A stretch of 64,000 nt of DNA from the human T2T-CHM13v2.0 reference genome, Homo sapiens, in contig CP068257.2 of the NCBI GenBank assembly GCA_009914755.4, positions 1,504,001 to 1,568,000 of the forward strand, read 5' to 3'. Position numbers and translations under genes: made by a program. The notes beneath the pieces are model-generated. The model made no database searches and was not told the DNA's origin. It saw only the letters and a list, made by a program, of their open reading frames with translations. Every line of letters starts with the position of its first letter. Positions within the stretch are counted from its first letter, which is position 1. Below, piece by piece: positions 46,101 through 62,700 of the stretch.

Positions 46101-48930
46101 GTACAAAAAATATCAACGTACCCTAAGCATGTATTATATACTCTATATAAAATATGAAAGTACATCACATATATATTTTATTCTGTACATAAAATATCAA
46201 AGTACACCAGATATATATTCTATAGTGTACATAAAATAACAAAGTACACAAACTATAAATGATATGCTGTACATAAAATATGAAATTACATCAAATATAT
46301 ATTAGGTACATAAAATATGAAAGTACATCAAATATAGATTATATACTGTACATAAAATATCAATGTACCCCAAATATATATTTTATACTCTACATGAAAT
46401 ATCAAAGTTCACAAACCATATATTATATACTGTACATAAAATATCAAAGTACCCAAGGTATATATTCTATACTGTACAAAAAATATCAAAGTACCCAAAG
46501 CATGTATTATATACTGTACATAAAATATGAAAGTACATCAAATATATATTTTATTCTGTACATAAAATATCAAAGTACACCAGATATATATTCTATAGTG
46601 TACATAAAATATCAAAGTACCCAAACTATACATTATATACTGTACATAAAATATGAAATTACATCAAATATATATTATATTAGGTACATAAAATATGAAA
46701 GTACATCAGATATAGATTATATACTGTACATAAAATATCAAAGTACCCCAAATATATATTATATACTCTACATGAAATATCAAAGTTCACAAACTATACA
46801 TTATATACTGTACATAAAATATGAAATTACATCAAATATATATTAGGTACATAAAATATGAAAGTACATCAAATATAGATTATATACTGTACATATAATA
46901 TCAATGTACCCCAAATATATATTTTATACTCTTCATGAAATATCAAAGTTCACAAACCATATATTATATACTGTACATAAAATATCAAAGTACCCTAGGT
47001 ATATATTCTATACTGTACAAAAAATATCAAAGTACCCAAAGCATGTATTATATACTGTACATAAAATATGAAAGTACATCAAATATATATTTTATTCTGT
47101 ACATAAAATATCAAAGTACACCAGATATATATTCTATAGTGTACATAAAATATCAAAAGTACCCAAACTATACATTATATACTGTACATAAAATATGAAA
47201 TTACATCAAATATATATTATATTAGCTACATAAAATATGAAAGTACATCAAATATAGATTATATAGTGTACATTAAATACCAAAACACCCCAAATATATA
47301 TTTTATACTCTACATGAAATATCAAAGTTCACAAACCATATATTATATACTGTACATAAAATATCAAAGTACCCAAGGTATATATTCTATACTGTACAAA
47401 AAATATCAAAGTACCCAAAGCATGTATTATATACTGTACATAAAATATGAAAGTACATCAAAAATATATTTTATTCTGTACATAAAACATCAAAGTACAC
47501 CAGATATATATTCTATAGTGTACATAAAATATCAAAGTACCCAAACTATACATTATATACTGTACATAAAATATGAAATTACATCAAATATATATTATAT
47601 TAGGTACATAAAATATGAAAGTACATCAGATATAGATTATATACTGCACATAAAATATCAAAGTACCCCAAATATATATTATATACTCTACATGAAATAT
47701 CAAAGTTCACAAACTATATATTATATACTGTACATAAAATATCAAAGTACCCAAGGTATATATTCTATACTGTACAAAAAATATCAAAGTACCCAAAGCA
47801 TGTATTATATACTGTACATAAAGTATGAAAGTACATCAAATGTATATTTTATTCTGTACATAAAATATCAAAGTACACCAGATATATATTCTACAGTGTA
47901 CATAATATATCAAAGTACGCAAACTATACATTATATACTGTACTTAAAATATGAAATTACATCAAATATATATTATATTAGGTACATAAAATATGAAAGC
48001 ACATCAAATATAGATTATATACTGTACATGAAATACCAAAGTACCCCAAATATATATTTTATACGGTACATGAAATATCAAAGTTCACAATCTATATATT
48101 ATATACTGTATATAAAATATCAAAGTACCCAAGGTATATATTCTATACTGTACAAAAAATATCAAAGTACCCAAAGCATGTATTATATACTGTACATAAA
48201 ATATGAAAATACATCAAATATATATTTTATTCTGTACCGAAAATATCAAAGTACACCAGATATATATTCTATAGTGTACATAAAATATCAAAGTACCCAA
48301 ACTATACATTATATACTGTACATAAAATATGAAATTACATCAAATTTATATTAGGTACATAAAATATGAAAGTACATCAAATATAGATTATATACTGTAC
48401 ATAAAATATCAAAGTACCCCAAATATATATTATATACTCTACATGAAATATCAAAGTTCACAAACTATATATTATATACTGTACATAAAATATCCAAGTA
48501 CCCAAGGTATATATTCTATACTGTACAAAAAATATCAACGTACCCAAAGCATGTGTTATATACTCTATATAAAATATGAAAGTACATCACATATATATTT
48601 TATTCTGTACATAAAATATCAAAGTACACCAGATATATATTCTATAGTGTACATAAAATAACAAAGTACACAAACTATAAATTATATACTTTACGTAAAA
48701 TATGAAATTACATCAAATATATATTAGGTACATAAAATATGAAAGTACATCAAATATAGATTATATACTGTACATATAATATCAATGTACCCCAAATATA
48801 TATTTTATACTCTACATGAAATATCAAAGTTCACAAACCATACATTATATACTGTACATAAAATATCAAAGTACCCAAGGTATATATTCTATACTGTATG
48901 AAAAATATCAAAGTACCCAAAGCATGTATT
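43100..48930. repeat. Alpha domain 2. It has internal duplications at offsets 3630 bp (43.3-44.2 kb with 46.9-47.8 kb) and 2422 bp (44.8-46.2 kb with 47.3-48.7 kb). There is also a local 420-bp (10-monomer) tandem duplication at about 45120-45960. The domain is related to 15.08-16.76 kb.
   Basis: ORF pairs: 43305 with 46935 and 43684 with about 47314; 45907 with 48329 (offset 2422); 16365 with 45907 with 48329 all carry the 'YPSTQG...QRTQS' variants. CAAATATAGATTATATACTGTACATGAAATACCAAAGTACC at 45121 recurs at 45541. Confidence 0.65.
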
Positions 48931-51900
48931 ATATACTCTACATAAAAGATGAAAGTACATCAAATATATATTTTATTCTGTACATAAAATAACAAAGTAC
49001 ACCAGATATATATTTTATAGTGTACATAAAATATGAAATTACCCAAACTATACATTACATACTGTACATAAAATATGGAATTACATCAAATATATATTAT
49101 ATTAGGTACGTAAAATATGAAATTACATCAAATATAGTTTATATACCATACATAAAATATAAAGGAACCCAAATATATATGATATACTGTACATGAAATA
49201 TCAAAGTTCACAAACTATATATTATATACTGTAGATAAAATATCAAAGTACCCAAGGTATATATTCTATAATGTAAAAAAAATATCAAAGCACCCAAAGC
49301 ATGTATTATATACTGTACATAAAATATGAAAGCACATCAAATATATATTATATTAGGTACATAAAATATGAAAGTACATAAAATATAGATGATATTCTGT
49401 ACATAAAATATCAAAGGAGCCCAAATATATATTATACAGTGTACATGAAATATCAAAATTTACAAAATATATATTATATAATGTACATAAAATATCAAAG
49501 TACACAAAGCAAGTATTATATACTGTACATAAAAGATGAAAGTACATCAAATATATATTTTATTCTGTACATAAAATATCAAAGTACACCAGATATATAT
49601 TTTATAGTGTACATAAAATATCAAGGTACCCAAACTATACATTATATACTGTACATAAAATATGAAATTACATCAAATATATATTACATTAGGTACGTAA
49701 AATATGAAAGTACATCAAATATAGATTATATACTGTACATAATATATAAAAGAACCCCAACTATATATTATATACTGTACATGAAATATCAAAATACACA
49801 AACTATATATTATATACTGTGCATAAAATATCAAAGTACCCAAGGTATATATCCTATACTGTACAAAAAATATCAAAGTACCCAAAGCTTGTATTATATA
49901 CTGTACATAAAATATGAAAGCACATCAAATATATATTATATTAGGTACATAAAATATGAAAGTACATAAAATATAGATGATATACTGTACATAAAATATC
50001 AAAGTAGCCCAAATATATATTATACAGTGTACATGAAATATCAAAATTTACAAAATATATATTATATAATGTACATAAAATATCAAAGTACCCAAAGCAT
50101 GTATTATATACTGTACATAAAATATGAAAGTACATCAAATATATATTTTATTCTGTACATAAAATATCAAAGTACACCAGATATATATTTTATAGTGTAC
50201 ATAAAATATCAAGGTACCCAAACTATACATTATATACTGTACATAAAATATGAAATTACATCAAATATATATTATATTAGGTACGTAAAATATGAAAGTA
50301 TATCAAATATAGACTATATACTGTACATAATATATAAAAGAACCCCAAATATATATTATATACTGTACATGATGTATCAAAATACACAAACTATATATTA
50401 TATACTGTACATAAAATATCAAAGTACCCAAGGTATATATTCTATACTGTAAAAAAAATATCAAAGTACCCAAAGCATGTATTATATACTGTACATAAAA
50501 TATGAAAGTACATCAAATATATATTTTATTCTGTACATAAAATAACAAAGTACACCAGATATATATTTTATAGTGTACATAAAATATGAAATTACCCAAA
50601 CTATACATTACATACTGTACATAAAATATGGAATTACATCTAATATATATTATATTAGGTACGTAAAATATGAAAGTACATCAAATATAGATTATACACC
50701 ATACATAAAATATAAAGGAACCCCAAATATATATGATATACTGTACATGAAATATCAAAGTTCACAAACTATATATTATATACTGTAGATAAAATATCAA
50801 AGTACCCAAGGTATATATTCTATATTGTAAAAAAAATATCAAAGTACCCAAAGCATGTATTGTATACTGTACATAAAATATGAAAGCACATCAAATATAT
50901 ATTATATTAGGTACATAAAATATGAAAGTACATAAAATATAGATGATATACTGTACATAAAATATCAAAGTAGCCCAAATATATATTATACAGTGTACAT
51001 GAAATATCAAAATTTACGAAATATATATTATATAATGTACATAAAATATGAAAGTACACAAAGCAAGTATTATATACTGTACATAAAAGATGAAATTACA
51101 TCAAATATATATTTTATTCTGTACATAAAATATCAAAGTACACCAGATATATATTTTATAGTGTACATAAAATATCAAGGTACCCAAACTATACATTATA
51201 TACTGTACATAAAATATGAAATTACATCAAATATATATTATATTAGGTACGTAAAATATGAAAGTACATCAAATATAGATTATATACTGTACATAATATA
51301 TAAAAGAACCCCAACTATATATTATATACTGAACATGAAATATCAAAATACACAAACTATATATTATATACTGTACATAAAATATCAAAGCACCCAAGGT
51401 ATATATTCTATACTATACAAAAAATATCAAAGTACCCAAAGCATGTATTATATACTGTACATAAAATATGAAAGTACATCAAATATATATTTTATTCTGT
51501 ATATAAAATAACAAAGTACACCAGATATATATTTTATAGTGTACATAAAATATCAAAGTACCCAAACTATACATTACATACTGTACATAAAATATGGAAT
51601 TACATCAAATATATATTATATTAGGTACGTAAAATATGAAAGTACATCAAATATAGATTATATACCATACATAAAATATAAAGGAACCCCAAATATATAG
51701 GATATACTGTACATGAAATATCAAAGTTCACAAACTATATATTATATACTGTAGATAAAATATCAAAGTACCCAAGGTATATATTCTATACTGTATAAAA
51801 AATATCAAAGTACCCAAAGCATGTATTATATACTGTACATAAAAGATGAAAGTACATCAAATATATATTTTATTCTGTACATAAAATAACAAAGTACACC

Positions 51901-54900
51901 AGATATATATTTTATAGTGTACATAAAATATGAAATTACCCAAACTATACATTACATACTGTACATAAAATATGGAATTACATCAAATATATATTATATT
52001 AGGTACGTAAAATATGAAAGTACATCAAATATAGATTATATACCATACATAAAATATAAAGGAACCCCAAATATATATGATATACTGTACATGAAATATC
52101 AAAGTTCACAAACTATATATTATATACTGTAGATAAAATATCAAAGTACCCAAGGTATATATTCTATAATGTAAAAAAAATATCAAAGCACCCAAAGCAT
52201 GTATTATATACTGTACATAAAATATGAAAGCACATCAAATATATATTATATTAGGTACATAAAATATGAAAGTACATAAAATATAGATGATATACTGTAC
52301 ATAAAATATCAAAGGAGCCCAAATATATATTATACAGTGTACATGAAATATCAAAATTTACAAAATATATATTATATAATGTACATAAAATATCAAAGTA
52401 CCCAAAGCAAGTATTATATACTGTACATAAAAGATGAAAGTACATCAAATATATATTTTATTCTGTACATAAAATATCAAAGTACACCAGATATATATTT
52501 TATAGTGTACATAAAATATCAAGGTACCCAAACTATACATTATATACTGTACATAAAATATGAAATTACATCAAATATATATTATATTAGGTACGTAAAA
52601 TATGAAAGTACATCAAATATAGATTATATACTGTACATAATATATAAAAGAACCCCAACTATATATTATATACTGTACATGAAATATCAAAATACACAAA
52701 TTATATATTATATACTGTACATAAAATATCAAAGTACCCAAGGTATATATCCTATACTGTACAAAAAATATCAAAGTACCCAAAGCATGTATTATATACT
52801 GTACATAAAATATGAAAGCACATGAAATATATATTATATTAGGTACATAAAATATGAAAGTACATAAAATATAGATGATATACTGTACATAAAATATCAA
52901 AGTAGCCCAAATATATATTATACAGTGTACATGAAATATCAAAATTTACAAAATATATATTATATAATGTACATAAAATATCAAAGTACCCAAAGCATGT
53001 ATTATATACTGTACATAAAATATGAAAGTACATCAAATATATATTTTATTCTGTACATAAAATAACAAAGTACACCAGATATATATTTTATAGTGTACAT
53101 AAAATATCAAGGTACCCAAACTATACATTATATACTGTACATAAAATATGAAATTACATCAAATATATATTATATTAGGTACGTAAAATATGAAAGTACA
53201 TCAAATATAGACTATATACTGTACATAATATATAAAAGAACCCCAAATATATATTATATACTGTACATGAAGTATCAAAATACACAAACTATATATTATA
53301 TACTGTACATAAAATATCAAAGTACCCAAGGTATATATTCTATACTGTACAAAAAATATCAAAGTACCCAAAGCATGTATTATATACTGTACATAAAATA
53401 TGAAAGTACATCAAATATATATTATATTAGGTACGTAAAATATGAAAGTACATCAAATATAGATTATATACCATACATAAAATATAAAGGAACCCCAAAT
53501 ATATATGATATACTGTACATGAAATATCAAAGTTCACAAACTATATATTATATACTGTAGATAAAATATCAAAGTACCCAAGGTATATATTCTATACTGT
53601 AAAAAAAAATCAAAGTCCCCAAAGCATGTATTATATACTGTACATAAAATATGAAGGCACATCAAATATATATTATATTAGGTACATAAAATATGAAAGT
53701 ACATAAAATATAGATGATATACTGTACATAAAATATCAAAGTAGCCCAAATATATATTATACAGTGTACATGAAATATCAAAATTTACAAAACATATATT
53801 ATATAATGTACATAAAATATCAAAGTACCCAAAGCAAGTATTATATACTGTACATAAAAGATGAAAGTACATCAAATATATATTTTATTCTGTACATAAA
53901 ATATCAAAGTACACCAGATATATATTTTATAGTGTACATAAAATATCAAGGTACCCAAACTATACATTATATACTGTACATAAAATATGAAATTACATCA
54001 AATATATATTATATTAGGTACGTAAAATATGAAAGTACATCAAATATAGATTATATACTGTACATAATATATAAAAGAACCCCAAATAAATATTATATAC
54101 TGTACATGAAGTATCAAAATACACAAACTATATATTATATACTGTAGATAAAATATCAAAGTACCCAAGGTATATATTCTATACTGTACAAAAAATATCA
54201 AAGTACCCAAAGCATGTATTATATACTGTATATAAAATATGAAAGTACATCAAATATATATTTTATTCTGTACATAAAATAACAAAGTACACCAGATATA
54301 TATTTTATAGTGTACATAAAATATCAAAGTACCCAAACTATACATTACATACTGTACATAAAATATGGAATTACATCAAATATATATTATATTAGGTACG
54401 TAAAATATGAAAGTACATCAAATATAGATTATATACCATACATAAAATCTAAAGGAACCCCAAATATATATGATATACTGTACATGAAATTGCAAAGTTC
54501 ACAAACTATATATTATATACTGTAGATAAAATATCAAAGTACCCAAGGTATATATTCTATACTGTAAAAAAAATATCAAAGTACCCAAAGCATGTATTAT
54601 ATACTGTACATAAAATATGAAAGTACATCAAATATATATTTTATTCTGTACATAAAATAACAAAGTACACCAGATATATATTTTATAGTGTACATAAAAT
54701 ATGAAATTACCCAAACTATACATTACATACTGTACATAAAATATGGAATTACATCTAATATATATTATATTAGGTACGTAAAATATGAAAGTACATCAAA
54801 TATAGATTATATACCATACATAAAATATAAAGGAAACCCAAATATATATGATATACTGTACATGAAATATCAAAGTTCACAAACTATATATTATATACTG

Positions 54901-57900
54901 TAGATAAAATATCAAAGTACCCAAGGTATATATTCTATACTGTAAAAAAAATATCAAAGTACCCAAAGCATGTATTATATACTGTACATAAAATATGAAA
55001 GCACATCAAATATATATTATATTTGGTACATAAAATATGAAAGTACGTAAAATATAAATGATATACTGTACATAAAATATCAAAGTAGCCCAAATATATA
55101 TTATACAGTGTACATGAAATATCAAAATTTACAAAATATATATTATATAATGTACATAAAATATCAAAGTACCCAAAGCAAGTATTATATACTGTACATA
55201 AAAGATGAAAGTACATCAAATATATATTTTATTCTGTACATAAAATATCAAAGTACACCAGATATATATTTTATAGTGTACATAAAATATCAAAGTACCC
55301 AAACTATACATTATATACTGTACATAAAATATGAAATTACATCAAATATATATTATATTAGGTACATAAAATATGAAAGTACATCAAATATAGATTATAT
55401 ACTGTACATAAAATATCAAAGTACCCCAAATATATATTATATACTGTACATGAAATATCAAAGTTCACAAACTATATATTATATACTGTACATAAAATAT
55501 CAAAGTACCCAAGGTATATATTCTATACTGTACAAAAAATATCAAAGTACCCAAAGCATGTATTATATACTGTACATAAAATATGAAAGTACATCAAATA
55601 TATATTTTATTCTGTAGTTAAAATATCACAGTACACCAGATATATATTTTATAGTGTACATAAAATATCAAAGTACCCAAACTATACATTATATACTGTA
55701 CATAAAATATGAAATTACATCAAATATATATTATATTAGTTACCTAAAATATGAAAGTACATCAAATATAGATTATATACTGTACATAAAATATCAGAGT
55801 ACCCCAAATATATATTATATACTGTACATGAAATATCAAAGTTCACAAACTATATATTATATACTGTACATAAAATATCAAAGTACCCAAGGTATATATT
55901 CTATACTGTACAAAAAATATCAAAGTACCCAAAGCATGTATTATATACTGTACATAAAAGATGAAAGTACATCAAATATATATTTTATTCTCTACATAAA
56001 ATAACAAAGTACACCGGATATATATTTTATAGTGTACATAAAATATCAAAGTACCCAAACTATACATTACATACTGTACATAAAATATGAAATTACATCA
56101 AATATATATTATATTAGTTACCTAAAATATGAAAGTACATCAAATATAGATTATATACTGTACAGAAAATATGAAAGTACCCCAAATATATATTATACAC
56201 TGTACATGAAATATGAAAGTTCACAAACTATATATTATATACTGTACATAAAATATCAAAGTACCCAAGGTATATATTCTATACTGTACAAAAAATATCA
56301 AAGTACCCAAAGAATGTATTATATACTGTACATAAAATATGAAAGTACATCAAATATATATTTGATTCTGTACATAAAATAACAAAGTATACCAGATATG
56401 TATTTTATAGTGTACATAAAATATCAAAGTACCGAAACTATACATTACATACTGTACATAAAATATGCAATTACATCAAATATATATTATATTAGGAACA
56501 TAAAATATGAAAGTACATCAAATATAGATTATTAACTGTACATAAAATATCAAAGAACCCCAAATATATATTATATACTGTACATGAGATATCAAACTTC
56601 ACAAACTATATATTATATACTGTACATAAAATATCAAAGTACCCAAGGTATATATTCTATACTATACAAAAAATATCAAAGTACCCAAAGCATGTATTAT
56701 ATACTGTACATAAAAGATGAAAGTACATCAAATATATATTTTATTCTGTACATAAAATATCAAAGTACACCAGATATATATTATATAGTGTACATAAAAT
56801 ATCAAAGTACCCAAACTATACATTATATACTGTACATAAAATATGAAATTACATCAAATATATATTATATTAGGTACATAAAATATGAAAGTACATCAAA
56901 TATATATTATATACTGTACATAAAATATAAAAGTACCCCAAATATATATTATATACTGAACATGAAATATCAAAATACACAAACTATATATTATATACTG
57001 TACAAAAAATATCAAAGTACCCAAAGCAAGTATTATATACTGTACATAAAATATGAAAGTACATCAAATATATATTTTATTCTGTACATAAAATATCAAA
57101 GTACACCAGATATATATTTTATAATGTACATAAAACATCAAGGTACACAAACTATACATTTTATACTGTACATAAAATATGAAATTACATCAAATATATA
57201 TTATATTGGATACATAAAATATGAAAGTACATCAAGTATAGATTATTAACTGTACATAAAATATCAAAGAACCCCAAATATATATTATATACTGTGCATG
57301 AAATATCAAAGTTCACAAACTATATATTATATATTGTACATAAAATATCAAAGTACCCAAGGTTTATATTCTGTACTGTAAAAAAAATATCAAAGTACCC
57401 AAAGCATGTATTATATACTGTACATAAAATATGAAATTACATCAAATATATATTATATTAGGTACATAAAATATGAAAGTACATCAAATATATATTTTAT
57501 TCTGTACATAAAATATCAAAGTACACCAGATATATATTTTATAGTGTACATAAAATATCAAATTACCCAAACTATACATTATATCCTGTACATAAAATAT
57601 GAAATTACATCAAATATATATTATATTAGGTACATAAAATATGAAAGTACTTCAAATATAGATTATATACTGTACATAAAATATAAAAGTACCCCAAATA
57701 TATATTATATACTGTACATGAAATATCAAAATACAGAAACTATATATTATATACTGTACAAAAAATATCAAAGTACCCAAAGCAAGTATTATATACTGTA
57801 CATAAAAGATGAAAGTACATCAAATATATATTCTATTCTGTACATGAATTATCAAAGTACACCAGATATATATTTTATAGTGTACTTAAAACATCAAGGT

Positions 57901-59400
57901 ACACAAACTATACATTATATACTGTACATAAAATATGAAATTACATCAAATATATATTATATTGGGTACATAAAATATGAAAGCACATCAAATATAGATT
58001 AACTGTACATAAAATATCAAAGAACCCGAAATATATATTATATACTGTACATGAAATATCAAAGTTCACAAACTATATATTATATACTGTACATAAAATA
58101 TCAAGGTACCCAAGGTATATATTCTATACTGTATAAAAAATATCAAAGTACCCAAAGCATGTATTATATACTGTACATAAAATATGAGAGTACATCAAAT
58201 ATATATTTTATTCTGTACATAAAATATCAAAGTACACCAGATATATATTTTATAGTGTACATAAAATATCAAAGTACCCAAACTATACATTATATACTGT
58301 ACATAAAATATGAAAGCACATCAAATATAGATAATTAACTGTACATAAAATATCAAAGTACCCCAAATATATATTATATACTGTACATGAGATATCAAAC
58401 TTCACAAACTATATATTATATACTGTAGATAAAATATCAACGTACCCAAGGTATATATTCTATACTGTACAAAAAATATCAAAGTACCCAAAATATGTAT
58501 TATATACTGTATATAAAATATGAAAGTACATCAAATATAAATTTTATTCTGTACATAAAATATCAAAGTACACCAGATATATATTTTATAGTGTACAGAA
58601 AATATCAAAGTACCCAAACTATACATTATATACTGTACATAAAATATGAAATTACATCAAATATATATTATATTAGGTACATAAAATATGAAAGTACATA
58701 AAATATAGATGATATACTGTACATAAAGTATCAAAGTAGCCCAAAGTTATATTATACAGTGTACATGAAATATCAAAATTTAAAAAATATATATTATATA
58801 ATGTACATAAAATATCAAAGTACCCAAAGCAAGTATTATATACTGTACATAAAAGATGAAAGTACATCAAATATATATTTTATTCTCTACGTAAAATATC
58901 AAAGTACACCAGATATATATTTTATAGTGTACATAAAATATCAAAGTACCCAAACTATACATTACATACTGTACATAAAGTATGAAATTACATGAAATAT
59001 ATATTATTTTAGGAACATAAATATGAAAGTACATCAAATATAGATTATTAACTGTACATAGAATATCAAAGAACCCCAAATATATATTATATACTGTACA
59101 TGAGATATCAAACTTCACAAACTATATATTATGTACTGTACATAAAATATCAAACTACCCAAGGTATATATTCTATACTGTACAAAAAATATCAAAATAC
59201 CCAAAGCATGTATTATATACTGTACATAAAATATGAAAGTATATCAAATATATATTTTATTCTGTACATAAAATATCAAAGTACACCAGATATATATTTT
59301 ATAGTGTACATAAAATATCAAAGTACCCAAACTATACATTATATACTGTACATAAAATATGAAATCACATCAAATATATATTATATTAGGTACATAAAAT
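48930..59400. repeat. Beta'/gamma' segment. It is a near-identical (>99%) copy of 25.36-34.9 kb plus 38.33-39.65 kb.
   Basis: Constant offsets across many ORF pairs. Offset 23993: 25360(-) with 49353(-), 25446 with 49439, 26034 with 50027. Offset 23154: 27839 with 50993 (172 aa, 1 difference), 29183 with 52337 (162 aa, 1 difference), 29459(-) with 52613(-), 30524(-) with 53678(-), 31156 with 54310, 31534 with 54688, 32878 with 56032, 33430 with 56584. Offset 23280: ORF ends 34722 with 58002. Offset 19717: 38334 with 58051, 38778 with 58495, 38956(-) with 58673(-), 39150(-) with 58867(-), 39383 with 59100. Confidence 0.8.
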
Positions 59401-59799
59401 ATGAAAGTACTTCGAGTATTGATTATTTACTGTACATAAAATATCAAAGTACCCCAAATATATATGATATACTGTACATGAAATATCAAAGTTCACAAAC
59501 GATATATTATATACTGTAGATAAAATATCAAAGTACCCAAGGTTTATATTCTATACTGTACAAAAAATATCAAAGTACCCAAAGCATGTATTATATACTG
59601 TACATAAAAGATGAAAGTACATCAAATATATATTTTATTCTGTACATAAAATAACAAAGTACACCAGATATATATTTTATAGTGTACATAAAATATGAAA
59701 GTACCCAAACTATACATTACATACTGTACATAAAATGTGGAATTACATCAAATACATATTATATTAGGTACATAAAATATGAAAGTACATCAAATATAG

Positions 59800-62700
59800 A
59801 TTATATACTGTACATAAAATATCAAAGTACTCCAAATATATATTACATACTCTACATGAAATATCAAAGTTCACAAACTATATATTATATACTGTACATA
59901 AAATATCAAAGTACCCAAGGTATATATTCTATACTGTACAAAAAATATCAAAGTACCCAAAGCATGTATTATATACAGTAAATAAAATATGAAAGTACAT
60001 CAATTATATATTTTATTCTGTAAATAATATATCAAAGTACACCAGATATATATTCTATAGTGTACATAAAATAAGAAAGTACACAAACTATAAATTATAT
60101 ACTGAACATAAAATATGAAATTACATCAAATATATATTAGGTACATAAAATATGAAAGTACATCAAATATAGATTATATACTGTACATAAAATATCAATG
60201 TACCCCAAATATATATTTTATATTCTACATGAAATATCAAAGTTCAGAAACCATATATTGTATACTGTACATAAAATATCAAAATACCCAAGGTATATAT
60301 TCTATACTGTACAAAAAATATCAAAGTACCCAAAGCATGTATTATATACTGTACATAAAATATGAAAGTACATCAAATATATATTTTATTCTGTACATAA
60401 AATATCAAAGTACACCAGATATATATTCTATAGTGTACATAAAATATCAAAGTACACAAACTATACACTATATACTGTACATAAAATATGAAATTACATC
60501 AAATATATATTAGGTACATAAAATATGAAAGTACATCAAATATAGATTATATACTGTACATAAAATATCAAAGTACCCAAATATATATCATATACTGTAC
60601 ATGAAATATCAAAGTTCACAAACTATATATTATATACTGTACATAAAATATCAAAGTACCCAAGGTATATATTCTATACTGCACAAAAAATATCAAAGTA
60701 CCCAAAGCATGTATTATATACTGTATATAAAATATGAAAGTACATGAAATATATATTTTATTCTGTACATAAAATATCAAAGTACACCAGATATATATTC
60801 TATACTGTACATAAAATAACAAAGTACACAAAGTATAAATTATATACTGTACATAAAATATGAAATTACATCAAATATATATTAGGTACATAAAATATGA
60901 AAGTACATCAAATATAGATTATATACTGTACATATAATATCAAAGTACCCCAAATATATATTTTGTACTCTACATGGAATATCAAAGTTCACAAACCATA
61001 TGTTATATACTGTACATAAAATATCATGGTACCCAAGGTATATATTCTATACTGTACAAAAAATATCAAAGTACCCAAAGCATGTATTATATACTGTACA
61101 TAAAATATGAAAGTACATCAAATATATATTTTATTCTGTACGTAAAATATCAAAGTACACCAGATATATATTCTATAGTGTACATAAAATATCAAAGTAC
61201 CCAAACTATACATTATATACTGTACATAAAATATGAAATTACATCAAATATATATTATATTAGGTACATAAAATATGAAAGTACATCAAATATAGATTAT
61301 ATACTATATAATAAAAATACCAAAGTACCCAAATATATATTTTATACTGTACATGAAATATCAAAGTTCACAAACTATATATTATATACTGTACATAAAA
61401 TATCAAAGTACCCAACGTATATATTCTATACTGTACAAAAAATATCAAAGTACCCAAAACATGTATTATATACTGTACATAAAATATGAAAGTACAACAA
61501 ATATATATTTTATTCCGTACATAAAATATCAAAGTACACCAGATATATATTCTATAGCGTACATAAAATATCAAAGTACACAGACTATACATTATATACT
61601 GTTCATAAAATATGAAATTACATCAAATATATTTTATATTAGGTACATAAAATATGAAAGTACATCAAATATAGATTATACACTGTACATTAAATACCAA
61701 AGTACCCCAAATATATATTTTATACTGTACATGAAATATCAAACTTCACAAATTATATATTATATAGTGTACATATAATATCAAAGTACCCAAGGTATAT
61801 ATTCTATACTGTACAAAAAATAACAAAGTACCAAAAGCATGTATAATATACAGTACATAAAATATGAAAGTACATCAAATATATATTTTATTCTGTACAT
61901 AAAATATCAAAGTACACCAGATATATATTCTATAGTGTACATAAAATAACAAAGTACACAATCTATAAATTATATACTGTACATAAAATATGAAATTACA
62001 TCAAATATATATTAGGTACATAAAATATGAAAGTACATCAAATATAGATTATATACTGTACATATAATATCAATGTACCCCAAATATATATTTTATACTC
62101 TACATGAAATATCAACGTTCACAAACCATATATTATATACTGTACATAAAATATCTAAGTACCCAAGGTATATGTTCTATACTGTACAAAAAATATCAAA
62201 ATACCCAAAGCATGTATTATATACTGTACATAAAATATGAAAGTACATCAAATATATATTTTATTATGTAAATAAAATATCAAAGTACACCAGATATATA
62301 TTCTATAGTGTACATAAAATATCAAAGTACCCAAACTATACATTATATACTGTACATAAAATATGAAATTACATCAAATATATATTAGGTACATAAAATA
62401 TGAAAGTACATCAAATATAGATTATATACTGTACATAAAATATCAAAGTACCCCAAATATAAATTATATACTCTACATGAAATATCAAAGTTCACAAACT
62501 ATATATTATATACTGTACATAAAATATCAAAGTACCCAAGGTATATATTCTATACTGTACAAAAAATATCAAAGTACCCAAAGCATGTATTATATACTGT
62601 ATATAAAATATGAAAGTACATCAAATATATATTTTATTCTGTACATAAAATATCAAAGTACACCAGATATATATTCTATAGTGTACATAAAATAACAAAG

